Both the position numbers and the translations under genes were made by a program. A stretch of 64,000 nt of DNA from Lama guanicoe (Eukaryota), in NCBI GenBank assembly GCA_013239625.1, contig MU054187.1, positions 3,111,757 through 3,175,756 on the forward strand. Reading direction: 5' to 3'. How positions within the stretch are numbered: the stretch's first letter is position 1; every line of letters begins with the position of its first letter. Below, piece after piece: positions 51,071 through 64,000 of the stretch. The notes under the pieces were generated by a model. The model did no database searches and was not told where the DNA came from. It saw only the letters and a program-made list of their open reading frames with translations.

Positions 51071-52289
51071 GATCTAGCAGAGGAGAACTTTGTAAGATAA
51101 TACTTTTTAAAGGAAGGTGTTTCCATCTTAACAGTAAATAAGGATAATGGTAGCAATGGTAGCAATGTTAGCCTCAAGGCGACATGTTGAAGGCATTTAG
51201 TGTGTAAAGGAAAGACAGTTGCAAGAGATGTGATACTTTTAACGGCGCTGTCTCAGATATTTTAATACGTGGTATGTAAATTATTGTATTATATCATCAA
51301 GTTTTTATTCGATGGATATTTACTACATACCTACCAAAAGCAAAGCCCTGTCCCAAGTGGTAGAGGTAATAAAAGGAATTTCAGTGTATGGTCCCTGCCT
51401 TCAAAAAAGGATGCGAGCTAGCTGGGGAGGCACTATTCACACCTGCAGCAACCAGGGACAACCACCCAGCGCGGCAGGCTGAGAACTCGCAGGGCGCCGC
51501 ACCTGGGCGCGAGGCCACAGCCCCACGGTGACCTTGTAAGTGGCCTGGTTTCTACCCACATTTATAAGCAGTTCTAGGAAATGGGAGTTCAGGCCACGGA
51601 TCCAGCTCTGCCAGAGAATAGGCAGTTCTCCATAAAGGAATCTCTGGGTACATGAAGAAATATTCAAAGTCCCTACGTTTGTTTTAATCATTTTGAATGA
51701 ACTTTGCTAAGGCGTGTGGCCCAGGCTCCGTGAAACAGAAGAATTCGGGAAAGCTTTCCTTGACGACCTAGGATGGTGCACGGCCGACGTTTGGTTTCAT
51801 TTTAATGTGGTGGTTCCGGGGCTCCGGCCCCAATTCTGAATGGTGTCCGACTGGCAGGAACCAAATTACCTAGATTTATGTGTCAAATAAGAGTAAACTG
51901 TCTCCGAATGAAGTCCCGGTGAACTTGCTCTAAACAAAGTAATACATTTTTGAAATAAATGTTGTGTGTTCTGGCCCCTCGCGGGCTCCTTGTGGTTGGC
52001 CTGGGTTCGGGTCTTCCTCTGGTTCTGCGCAGCGACGGGAGCAGTTAGGCTCTGGGGAAGATGAGCCACGGTGGCATTTGGTTGCCAGCAGAAAACACCA
52101 GCAAGACTGGGGTCTAACACAATGCCCAGAGCGCTACGGGAACTCAAGTAACGTGGTTCAGTTTAATCTGAGCCCGAGAATATACGACCCAGGCTTGCCT
52201 GCGTTAGAAAATGCAGGCTAGACTCCTGTAACGAGGTGTCTCCGAACTGTGCAGAGTGTTAGTGTCTGGAACAGGTGACTGACCGGGAG

Positions 52290-52550
52290 AGCGGCTCCCT
52301 TTTGCTGATGGCTCCCCTCACAAGGTCATCAATTCCACCTTCAGCACATGGCGTCCAGGCCACTGTGCACGTGGCCATCTTGGCCAGGAGAAGCCAGTGA
52401 AAGGGGAGTGGACCTTGGCTTTAGAGGCCCTGCCCAGAGTGGCCCCAGCATGTCTGTTCAGTCCCAGAGGTCAGAACATTGTCCTCTGGCCACACCTAGA
52501 GCAGGGCGGCTGGGACACAGATTCTGTTTGTGCGCTCAGGAGGAGAGGAG
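52290..52550 (-). mobile_element. Old MLT1J/K-like LTR fragment
   Basis: ggtcagaacattgtcctctggccacacctagagcagggcggctggga resembles old MLT1. Confidence 0.45.
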
Positions 52551-53010
52551 GGCATGCATTTCGTGGACAGAGAGCATTCTCTGCCACAAGCCCCTTCCTT
52601 CAGGCCACCTTTGCTTTTTATGAGCATGACTGTATTCCCATCGTTGGGCTTCAAAATATCACAGTCCTCTTTGACTTCTAACTCTTCTTTCTCGCCCTCC
52701 CCCATCTAGAAAGTCATCAGGTCCTATATTCTTGACCTGGGAAGCCTCCTTTTCTTCTTCACTGCTTCCTTCCTGGTTTAGGAGAACATAACATCTCAGA
52801 ATTCATCACTGATTAACACAAAGCTAAGGGAACAGGGGCTTGGAAAGCAGAATGACAGTAGCAACGATCGCTAAGTAAAGTAAATTTTGAGCCTACAGTG
52901 AATTAAAGCCATGGAAGGCAAGGCTCAGGACCCATACCTTTGATGGCTTGTTTTTGTTTTAAGGGCTCCAAACAGTAACAATAAAGGGAGAAGGCAGAGA
53001 AGGAAAAGGT

Positions 53011-53548
53011 TGTAGAAATAAATGAAGACTAAGCAAATGAGAAAAGCAAAGACTATTCTGGGCTTGAGACGGCCAGGCGGCCTGCCACGTTCCTGGCATT
53101 TTGGCAGAGACTCAAAGGCAGGTGGAGGGGTGGCAAAGCTTTATGGTGTGAAAAGGGGGAGACTTCAGGTGCCTGAGCATAGCGCAGCCCCGGCCTGGGG
53201 AAGCCGTAAGAAGGGTAAAGAGAAGCGGGGTGGGGGAGCATATTTAGCTCTCTCTTGTTCCTCCTAAATTGGTAGCCGGAACAGAAATTAGGGAAGCTGT
53301 CTGTTATTAATCATGTCCTCGCCACCTGGGGCTGATGGTTACAGAAGTTATCGTCTAGCTTCCTGGACTGTCACCCAGGATAGCAGCATGGCTTCCTGCA
53401 AGTCTGACTTACACACGCGGGCGTCCTGGGCTGTTTATCAGAGATAAGGGGTTGGTTTCCAGGGCAGGCGGCTGCAGGTTGTGAGCCAAAGTTCTATTTT
53501 TATATCTGTCACCCGGCTATTGTCCATTTTTATATCTAGTTTCCCGAG
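53011..53548. mobile_element. Probable ERV1-class solo LTR (family uncertain)
   Basis: ~540-bp block starting TGTAGAAATAAATG with LTR-like motifs (gcagagactcaaaggcagg, ggcttcctgcaagtctgactta, gttctatttttatat). Confidence 0.45.
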
Positions 53549-54648
53549 ATGTAAACGAAGAGTTTGCTGTTTTATGTGTAAGCGTGGTGGCAGCGGGGAA
53601 GGCAGGAGAGGAGGGAGCTGGTGACACAGGTGTCTAGGTGGGGGTGGACCTTAAGAGAAGCGGCTCTTAACAGAGCAAGCAGTAGGAAGTGACGCCATTC
53701 TGTATAAGACAAGCAGCATTGGGGGGGGGCATCTTTGTACAAGAACAGGTCCAGCGCTACCACCATTAGAGCAAGTACAGAATTGAAGGATTCCATCTTT
53801 CAAAAAAAGATTCAGCCAAAGTTAGTAACCCAAATTAATAGCTAATTGGACAGAAAATAAAGTTTGGATTTGTATGAGTAATGCCTTAAAGATGCTGCCA
53901 GGGGAAGCCTGGGTAACGGGAAAGCCGCATAAAGGCAGCAGCACCAAAGGGGAAGCCATCCACCAGGACCATGCCCCCCCCACTTGCCACAGAGCCTCCA
54001 ACAACCCCCAGGTTTAGGCGGAAGCTGGGTTGCCGCTGTGGAACATCCCTGACAGGGTCTTAGCACTTCACAGCAGATTTCTGTTAATGGTCCATCTGCC
54101 AGCCTCCGCTCTGCCCCCAGGATCTCTCACGGAATCTGTCTTCGGCACCTGCCTTTCCCGTAGATTCTGTCTCTGCAACCTCCAAGTCACGCTAAATCAG
54201 CAAACACAAGCGCTCCGTTCCGCTTAAGCGTCCTCGTTCCCCCGGAGCTGCCGGGACGTGCCTCTGCGTGTAGCTATCACCGTGCGGAGCGGTTCATTAC
54301 TCTGCGCCGGCCGTTCAGGAAGAATTCTAAGAGTCATGTTTTAGTCTAAATTTTAATTAGCTGTAGAATGACTTACTTTCCTCTATTAATTAATCCTGTC
54401 TGGAGGTATTCAAACAACTGGCCATAAACTCCTCTGATAAATAACATCACTGCCCACTTCAGGCTCGTTAGTTGAATTTCAGTAATAGTGCCTAGACTGC
54501 GTCAGCCTGCCTCTAAGGGGCGCGACGTGGGGACGTGATCACATGGATCGGGAGAAAACGTTGCAATAGCTGTTAGCTTAAGTTTTCCTCACGAGTGTGA
54601 TAGGAATAGAATGCAAGGGAGGCAACACAGTACCAGGAAAAGAGGGGA

Positions 54649-54672
54649 GTGTGTGTGTGTGTGTGTGTGTGT
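54649..54672 (+). repeat. (GT)12 microsatellite
   Basis: Read directly. Confidence 0.9.
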
Positions 54673-55012
54673 TGCCGTCACTCACTATGACGCCCTTGTT
54701 AGTGGATTTGTCAGGAGTCGGTACCATCTAGTGACGCTCAAAGGAGAGAGTATTTGCAAAGCTCTCTCATTCTGAATTCCTGCCCCTGAAGACGAGGAAT
54801 ACAGGAATAAAGCTTGTTTGCCTAGAGCCCTTTCTTTCACTGGGTTCATGCATAAGAATTTCTGCAAACTGAAGTGAGGGCACTGAACAAGCTCAAGTTC
54901 AGATAAGCCAGATAAAGATAAGATAAAGATGACGCATATGGGAATCGTGAATCCAGAAATGTGAAAAGCAAAGTAATAACAGTGTCCCTCTTGCTCATAG
55001 GATGCCTAATGC

Positions 55013-55398
55013 TGCATTAGTCAGCTTGGGCGGCCGATACAGAACACTGCGGACCGGGGGCGTACACAGCAGGAGTCTGCTGTCTCAGAGCTCTGGAGGA
55101 GGCTGAATGCCCAAGACCAAGGTGTCAGCAGGGCTGATTCTTCCTGAGGTCTCTCTCCTTGGCTGGCAGATGGCTGTCCCCCCGTGTCCTCAGATGGTCG
55201 TCCCTCTATGTGTCTCTGTCCTGATTTCCCCTTCTTATAAGGACACCAGGCATTTTGGATTAGAGCCCACCCTCAAAGCCTCACTTAAATTTAATCACCT
55301 CTTTAAAGGTCCTATCTTTAAACATAGTAACATTCTGAGGTCTGGGGGGTTAGGACATCAACATGTGAATTTGAGGGGACACTATTCAGCCCATAACA
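55013..55398 (-). mobile_element. MLT1A-like MaLR LTR
   Basis: TGCATTAGTCAGC...cccaagaccaaggtgtcagcaggg...cttcttataaggacaccagg...ggggacactattcagcccATAACA. Confidence 0.85.
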
Positions 55399-58300
55399 AG
55401 TGTCTTCTGCAGTAGAGCAGGCTCCTTTACTGTGTGCATGGTGTAAAAATAAAATGGACCCCTGTGTTGAAACAAATCTGGAATAACGTTTGTTTCCTAG
55501 GAAAATATTAGAAACCTGGAATTCTGAAACACTCTAAATTTAATGAGTTTATGTATTTTGCAGCAAATCTTCCCTATAAGATGAAACGTCTATACAAAAT
55601 ATTCGAAAGATAGATGTTTTAGTTTTAAAGAAAATCATTTCAATCTTGAAAGTACAAGTATTCATTATTTCGTATTTCTCTTTTAATAGCTACTTAGAAT
55701 AAAATGTCTAAACATAGTTTTTTAAAGCATGTGATTTTAAAATATAGCTTTATCATGAGGCTATCTTACTTGCTATTATTGTACAAGATGGTGTGGATAG
55801 ATTTGATAGTAATAAAGAATAATTCAGCTTAACTATTTGAAAGAAGGAAGATGATAATGAAATTTGATTTTTAATTACATAGGGAAAGGAAATTTAAAGC
55901 TCATGGATGTCTTTGACTGCTGCAAGATATCATATAATAAACATATTCATCCACTTGGATGACATAAACAGTGTTGTTGGTCTGTGTGTAATGAAGATAG
56001 AGAATGTCAGGGAAGGGTCTTAGGACGTCAGTCCCAGGACCTTCCTTCCTAACTGGGTCGTCCTAAGAAGGCAGGCTTCCCCAACTGGGCGCGGAGTCCT
56101 GCAGCGCGAATATCCTGCCAGAGCCCCCCACGGGCCATTGCTTTTGCTCCTCGTGGATCTCTCCTTGAGCACTTTGCTCAGCCAAGAAGCTTTCACGAGT
56201 CTACCAGTTGGTTGCGTTCACCCCACGTTTATCTACTTCGTACTAATGTGTCTAAATCACCCAGCGTACAGGGTTGACTCTAAGTAAAATTGTGTGCTTT
56301 TCTTTTACTGAATTCCTCTCAAAACACCTCATCCTCACTGGGGAGCTTGGCCAGAACCACCCCACCTGGGCCAGCTTTCCCACAGGCCCTCCTGCTCCAG
56401 GTGCTGCCTCATCCTGTTAGGAAGTAAAAGGTCACTTGCTTTAACATTCTAATGGCTCATCTACATATTAATTCTCCCAAACCTCCCTTAACGGCACCGC
56501 TAAGAGATTTTGAAGCCTCTGGCAAACTGGCAAAAACAACTGCCTCTGCTAGAGAGTCCAAAATCACTCCATGCAGTGCACACTTGGTCACTGAAATACA
56601 TGCAACATTTAAAATGCCACTATTTTCCTGGGCGTCTTAGACTGTTTCTAACAGGGCATCCTCAATGCTTAGTATCTTTGAAGACACTTGATTTGGTGAT
56701 GATAGTGGGAAGCCGAAGGCTCTTTTACCCAGAGAATTCCAGCTTCTAAGCAATAAACTTCACTGTCTCCAAAATGGCAGATTTGGGACAATTCTGTCCA
56801 GTGGTCTGACAAATACACAAGAAAGTCACTTGCCTTTCTAATCCCCTTTGCTCAAGTAGTCACGGCTCAGATAGCAAAGAGGACAGTAGTAACCACCAGT
56901 GAGTAACCGTGGAAACCAGTCCTCATTGTCAGCCTGCTTCAGAAGATGCTTGGACACCGGGAAGCCTTAGTGCGGCTCTACACGTTAATTTGTAGACAGA
57001 GATGCAGAGATAAAATCTAAAGTAATTTCTATTTCCTATTCATGTCTTAGAACCCCATGATTTCTGAGAGTCCAGCTGAGACCTAGTCAACCATTTTTCT
57101 TAACAGTGTTCCAAATAAGTGATTACAGATAAATTTGATTTATACGACTTCAGTAAATTTGGGGCACATTAATTGTTTTTGAAATGTCAAGACAGAAATA
57201 AATCATTGACTGTTATTTCATTTTGCAATAATTTTTTAAAGGCGGTTTTATTTTATTTTATTTTTTTTTTGCGAATTTCAGAGATACAGCAACATCCAGT
57301 AACTGAACTGGAAAGGGAAGCATCAAAACTAATCCAATCAGACAATAGAAAAAATAAAGTATGTTTTAGGTAAAGCTATGTAGACCGCAGTATTACCATG
57401 GAATATTTGTTTTGTGTGACTATTTTTGGAGGATTTAAACCAAAGGACTGGATGTCATTGGCTGCCTCTGAATAGCTGAGGCTGACAGCACTTGGAGAAG
57501 CCAATTAAAAGCCAAGTTGGATTACGGAGCAATGCTTGACAGAATGACTGCCTCCAGGACTGGAGTCCTGACCCTGCCTGGGAGAAGAGGTCAGCGTGAG
57601 CTCTGGACTTGGGTCCTCCAAATGATGGTGGCCCGACCATGTGCTTGTCTCAGTATCATGTGTTTGCTGTACCTCATTCACAAACCCAGGATGCTAAGGT
57701 ACCACTAATGGACTAGACCAGGAGAGCCACTGATCCACTATTTGATAACTGCTTTGCAAGTGTGTATACATTCTTACACACACATTCCCTGAAACATTCC
57801 CAGGCTATGGAGCAAGAAGCCAGACGGAGCTCCATGTATCGTGTCTAAATACTTAAAAGTCATAAATCAATCTTAAAAACTTAAGTGAACAACTTTCTAT
57901 TGTGTTTATCTTCCTACCTTGATTAAATATACATTCAAAAGTATCAGAATAAAACTTATAAATATGGCTTCTGTTGATTATATCAAATATTATTTATATT
58001 GCTTATATCAGATATTATTTATATAAGTCATCAAAATATCAATGACTACTAAGCTTAATTATTAATGCATAAATCTAAGGATTAGGTCATGAATCAGCAG
58101 CATTTTCTAAGTAATAAGATAAAGTATAACTCACAAATTATTTCCTATTTATTTCAAATATTATTTTTCTTGACTATTTCAACAAAATCACTAAAATATT
58201 GCTGTAATCAATATCTTCACAAAATCTTTATTCTAAAGATAGTGATATCATATTAGCAATTTTTCTTGGGTTATTGTCATTTTCAGATTTTTTTTCACTA

Positions 58301-61300
58301 ATTTCTATTTGCAGAAACTTCATTCTAATAAAGAAGTATCAGCTGGGATTATTAACGTAATTTTTAAGGCAACACTTAGATTCAGAAATCATGCTTATAT
58401 TCAAATATTATAATGGGTCATGTGTGACATAAATTGTCATTATTTTATAAAATAACAAAACATTTTCATTTTATTATGTAAATTACCATCCCAGCACACT
58501 TCTGTAAACGATGGCAGAATCCATCTAGCTGAGTAAGAATTGTTCTGGCACTTCTCTCGTGTTACAGCCGCCCCTACATATATGCAGATTTAACTCTGTC
58601 ATGACTTGTTTAATGTTTCAAAATGTTCTTCAGCTTCCACGGGCAACTCTCGATACGCTACACTATTTCATGAGTATCTCAGGAAGCACAAATCGCAACA
58701 TGAAGAGAAGCAAAAAAAGAAGTGGCCTTTCAGTGGTTATGGGAAATAATCCTCTATTATTCAAGAGCCTACTGTGTCCGTGACATGTACAATAAAGACT
58801 CAAAAATTAATTACTTTTCCTTTTCTCTCCTCGAAGCTACTCCACTGCTTCTGTCCTCCCCACACACCAAAGAGCATCAATTCCAGCAGCAAATAACACA
58901 AAACTCGCAGGCATTCATCTGTGGTCGCCTTTTGTCTGGACAACACAGGCAAGCCCTGTAGAGAGGTATCTCCCTGAAGTTTGAAAAATGTCAACCACAA
59001 ATATGTTTGTGGAGGGCAGGGCCGGGGACAGGCTCCTCTCTCCCTCGTCGGCAGCACCCTGAGGTGCTGACTCCAGCCCCGCCGTCCCCGCCGCTGGCTG
59101 TACTCCTGTAAATTCCAGGTGAAGCTGAGGTGCCAGCCTTTTCAGGGGCTGCACTCAGCTTGGCTGAAACCACTTCTGTTGTTTCAATCTGGCTCGTTGC
59201 TCATTTTTTAAGGGGGCCCAGCTGGTGTTTTCTCCTATATTTTGATATATCAGAAGTGATGAGGGCAGCAAATTACATAGCTCAGGAGACCCAATGCGGT
59301 TACAACCCACCATCATGTTGCGCTGGTTTGAAAGCTGCCGCGCTCTGAGAAGAGACTTTATTTACTGATTGGGCCACCTCTTTAGATGCCAGCAGAGCGA
59401 GCTGGGGTGGTGTGCTGGGGACATCGCTTCCTCTTAACCTTGTCACCTAGTGTGACCACATCTCCATCACGAAGTCACACTCGTTTCCTCCAGAGGGGTG
59501 CCAACTGCCTAGGCTACTGGTCCCGAGAGACTTACCATTGGGAGACCGACACAGAAATGACTAGATGAGGGGGGAAAAGATGCCGGCAGTGGTGCTTTTT
59601 TGGAGAAGTAAGCCGTGTACTTGCTTGTCTCTGAAATAAGAGCCAACAGTAACGAGAGCACATGGTGAAAAAAGAGTAGACGAAGCTTGCTCGCTTGTTC
59701 TTAGACGCATCAAATTCCTAAATGTAGCAATGTCGTTTCCCCTTAGCTTCGTGTTTCATTCAAATATAAGCTGTCTGGTTAGAGGAATGCCCACTTTTGA
59801 AATAAAAATAAAGCCGTTTTATTCAGGTTTGTATCAGGAGAGTGGGAAAAGCATTCATATGTTCCTGACTCAATGGTGTATTTCGAGTTTAACTAAGAGT
59901 TAACTGAAGTGTTCTTGTCTGTCAGAGTCACTGTTTCCATCTGGCACAAAAGAGAGTGGCTCTGTGCACACTGGGTCATCACACATAGAACTGTGAGCAT
60001 TGTCAGGATGTAGTAAGTGTGCAAACAGGCAAACCCACTGTGCAAGCTTGTGTGAACTCAGGGTGTTACTTAAACACAGACACTTGTGAACTCGCTGCCG
60101 TTAACCAGCTTATAAGTCAGCACATTATTTTAAGAGCAGAAAGTTTTCTTCCTCTAGGCCTCTGCTCACCGTGTTACCTAGCTCCCTCCCCTCTCCATGA
60201 CACTGAGAATGAGACCACGTAAATGAGGAGCCCAGCCTGAGCTTGCACTCTGCTTGAGCTCTATTTTTTTTTAATGAATGTATGTGTAAGTCTACAAACT
60301 CTTTACTTTGCCATGACCATTCCTAATCATTCATAAAGGAGAAAGCTATTCGAGATTTTTAAAACATATTTAATTTTCGATATGAAAATAAATGTTATTC
60401 AGAGACCACTTAATGATAGATATGAGGTACCAATGGCTTTATTCAAACTAATGAAAGTTTGGAAAGCAGAACTAAATAATAACCAATTATATGCTAAAAT
60501 ATAATGCGCGTAGGTTTGAAGACTGAAAGTTCATTCACTTCCTGTTGAACACCAAAGCAAAATCTCCTGTGTAACAGCTCGGAGAAGGTTTTATTCTGCC
60601 TCTGAACAGGCGGTTTGTCACCGTGTATCCTCTCAGAGTTGAGTGCCCCCCCACTGTGCGCTCTGTCCCCAGGAGACTCCTTCACGGCAGCTCACATTTC
60701 AAATGATAGAGGTGCCAGTGGAAAATAAAACCCTAACTTGCCTCTTGCAGAGTCATGGAGCTTTTTTGGGGCTTTAGTTTTTCTCTCTGTAGGAGTTGGG
60801 CAATGATTTTCCTGAGAGAATTTCAGTATTAATTATTCTTAATTTTGGGAAAAAGCACTAAGTTTATGATGATGTCGGTGTCCCCTAAATGATCATCCTC
60901 TGTTTCTCAGCTGAGTTGGGCGGTCAGAACGGAGCAGCACATCCCAGAGGCACACACCTTCATTTAGTGAAGTTACTGTACAGAATTATTGGCTACTGAG
61001 CAACATAGTTTATCTTTTTGTCTTGTCATTTTATCTTATCCTAAAGGAATGTATTTGAGGAGGGAGAAGGGGAGGAGGGGCTCTCGAGGTCTAAAGTGGG
61101 ATGTGAGAAACTCCTAAAGGTAAAACTTGAATGGGAAAAAATTATTTATATCAGGTGAAAAATTTAGAAACACGTATGTCACTCGTATTGAACTCGGAGC
61201 CTCACAGTCAATGTCATGTTTTGTTAACCTGTAAGAAAGGAGGGAAATGCAGATTCCATGAGGAGCACTTCTTGTCGCGACTCACTCTTGATTTGAGACA

Positions 61301-61434
61301 AGTTGGGGGACAATGGGAGGGGAGAATTTTTAGGTCACTTCTCTCCTTGTTTCTATTCTGAGGCCCTGGCATGCTGTATCAAAAAATCCCCTGAGTGACT
61401 TTTTTTTTTAAGAAAAGACTGTTTCAAAACTTTA

Positions 61435-61650
61435 CACCCCACTATATATAAAATAGATAACAAGTTTCTTCTGTCGCACACAGGGAGCTATACTCAATAT
61501 CTAGTAGTAAAACTATAATGGGAAAGAATCTGAACAGGAATGTGTGTGTGTGTGTGACTGAAACGTGACGCTGTGCACCAGCCATTGACTCAACGTTGCA
61601 ACTGACTAGACTTCAACACAAAATAAAATAAAATATTTTAAAAAATTAAA
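61435..61650 (+). mobile_element. L1 3' end (cetartiodactyl-type) with (TG)n and A-rich tail
   Basis: actatatataaaatagataacaag...cacagggagctatactcaatatctag...aactataatgggaaagaatctgaa...actgaaac...cttcaacacaaaataaaataaaa. Confidence 0.85.
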
Positions 61651-64000
61651 AGAAGCAGGAAGACAACAAAAATGTACTTTGGAGAAAATGTTTACATCAA
61701 GACAAAAAACAAAAAAACCAAACTGCAATTTTTACACTTTTCACCAGTTTAAAATGTTCATAGTACACGAGAAAAAAAAAATCTTTGCAGCCCAAACATG
61801 TGACACGGCTGTCAGACGGCGCATTGACAAGCACGTGTGAGTCCGCTCTTGCTTGGCTGAATCTGCATTGCTCCCCAGGCAAGCTGGCGAAGTAACTGGG
61901 GGCTCACCGAGTACCCCCGTGGCCGTGTGCTTCCTCCCAGGACCCGGTCCGTAGAAGCTACGCCCCAGCGTCAACTCTGTGAGCGACGAGGCACCCGAGC
62001 TGGTGTTCTGGCGGGAGGGAGTCAAACTGACCCCAGTGAAAGGACTCTAGCCACCATTCTTGCTCAGAGCACGTGTCACTTTTGTTCCTTTGCTGACAGT
62101 AATCATCTATTGCGCTATCACCACAGCCCTGGCATGGCGCTGAAGGCTTTGTTTCTAGTGACAGCTGGGAGCTTTGGAGCGGTAGCTGTGGAGCGGTGGC
62201 CCTGAAGCTGGAGGACCCCCGCGTCTGAGGACCAGCTGGGCCACCGGCGCCCTGTGCGGGGCGCTTGCCGGGAGCCTGCAGACACTAGCCACAACTCCCT
62301 CACCCCGCGCGCGGATGAGTCCGTCTGCGGAGGAGGCCGCCCAGGGCCCTCCAGCGCCTGGCTTGGGGATAACAGTGGCATTTATTTCCTGCACGAAGAG
62401 AGAGTGGTCACAGGTATCATCCAAGTCCCCCAGTGCAACATGAAAGGAGAGTTTTCCAGGGTCTCCTTTCTCAAGATAATCGTGAAATGAGTGGTTCCAA
62501 TTCTGATAATAAAAGCGACAGAGAGAGAGAAAGGAGTCACACCGCCGTGAGATCATCGGGGAAGGTCAGAAGACGGGAGGGTGCGTTCGGGCTGTGAAGG
62601 GAGATGAGGAATTGATGAAAATGGGAAGAGAGAAGCCAACCCAGAGAAAGAACTTTGTCCCCGAGGCTGCTGTTGGACCCCAGGCAGCATTTCTGGTCCC
62701 GTGGCCCTGCTGTGAGCACACAGAACAGCATCTTCCAAAGGCGCTGTGCCGAGTGGCCACCCCTCTGCCCTGGGAGCATGGGGAGGAGGCAGCGTGCCCG
62801 GCTTCACAGGGATGCGGGACGGTGAGGGTGGTGTTTGAGTGGTGAGCTCACAGGAAGGCAGGCGTGGGCATCCTTGGAAAGGGGGAGCCCCAACAGCAGG
62901 CCTGGCAGGAGGCCCTGGGCCCCAGGCCAGCAGCCAGTGTTGTCCAGGAAACAGGTCTGCTCGCCTTTCTGGCTGGGTGCCTGCGGCCGAAAGCCGGTGC
63001 CTTCTGGGCGCTGTGCGCCTCTGCTCCTCCTGGGCTCCCAGAGCCTTCGCGTTTCCTCCTTCAGTGGATGTACACGAGAGGGAACTTCCTCGGGTGAGGC
63101 TAGTAACCCCCTTCCATCAAACAGGGAAGCCTTCTTCAAAATTCCAAGATTTAAAAATATTTAGAGCCGAACGCTGAAGGGTCTGTGCGCTAAGGACAGG
63201 TACATGAGGTGCCCTGACACAGGCCTTGCGCTCAGGACCAGGCGGATGCCCTCCGCAAACTGTCCTGAGCCTGCGGGCTAGTCAGCGCGGGCGTTCGGTC
63301 TGGGTGGTTATTAACTTCCAAAAACACAGCACAGTTTTGTGAGACTTTGTGATTTTCACTGGTTTTCATTTTCAGGGCCTTTGTTTCCCCTCGTGCTTTA
63401 AAGATTGTTTTACAGTAAGTTAGTGCTAGTTTGCCCCGTACCTGCGCTGTGACAGCCGGGCAAACACAGGCTAGTTCGTGGGAGGAGCTCCGCTTTTGGT
63501 TTCTGGTAGACCTTCGAAGTACAGCAGGGAAGTTGGAAATTTAATTGTCAAAACACGGTATTTTAAATGTTTCTTGAAAAAAAAACTTCAATAACCCAGA
63601 AGCATTTTAAATTTTAAAAAATACAAGAACAGATCAGCATTTTCAAATTTCAGTTTACCATTTTCAATCATTTCAATTTATATTTAAAAAAAATTTAAAC
63701 TATAAATAGGCAAATTCAAAGTGTCAAAATTTGGAAGACAGCCGATGTTCTCACTGGAGATACTGGTCACTGGAGGCTTCAAAGGGGCGATCTTGTGCAG
63801 GGCTGCTGTGTCCAAGGCCGTGTCTAGAAAAATCAGTTTGGATCCAAGCATATTTGCATATTACAGACTTCAGGTGCGTCTGCTCAGCCTGACGTGCTGG
63901 TGGGAGTAGGCATTAAGGTGCTCAAGTACCAGTTCTCAATATCCAAGGTGTCTGGAAAGTGTTTACCCCTTTTTTATATTTTAAGCTTTTTCATCCTAAG

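Noticed and set aside
54511..54524. CTCF-like CCTCTAAGGGGCGC
   Set aside because: Two mismatches including a core G; too weak without ChIP data.

Overview
Mammalian genomic DNA, most likely camelid, judged from a Vic-1-like tRNA-derived SINE with a perfect 15-bp target-site duplication (TSD). I recognise no protein-coding gene and assign no gene symbol. The window looks intronic/intergenic: a large CpG-island promoter (~5.2-6.2 kb), a candidate minus-strand alternative first exon near 0.7-1.0 kb, and many old repeats (L1, L2, MIR, MaLR/ERVL/ERV1 LTRs, MER5A). The most striking structure is a CpG-rich 17-bp minisatellite (GGCGAGGATGGACACAC) with 76 perfect copies plus decayed edge copies at ~31.3-32.7 kb. 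It is stop-free in all six frames, has a Kozak-context ATG in every perfect unit, and abuts a CpG-rich region with a near-consensus CTCF motif and a strong splice donor. Also present: a well-preserved hairpin at ~50.9-51.1 kb (MER135-like by recall), a 125-bp tandem duplication, a 21-bp minisatellite and several candidate small exons. The six ORFs of 468-606 aa all derive from the repeat. No CRISPR or prokaryotic system is present. Repeat family names come from recall of consensus sequences, not a database search.
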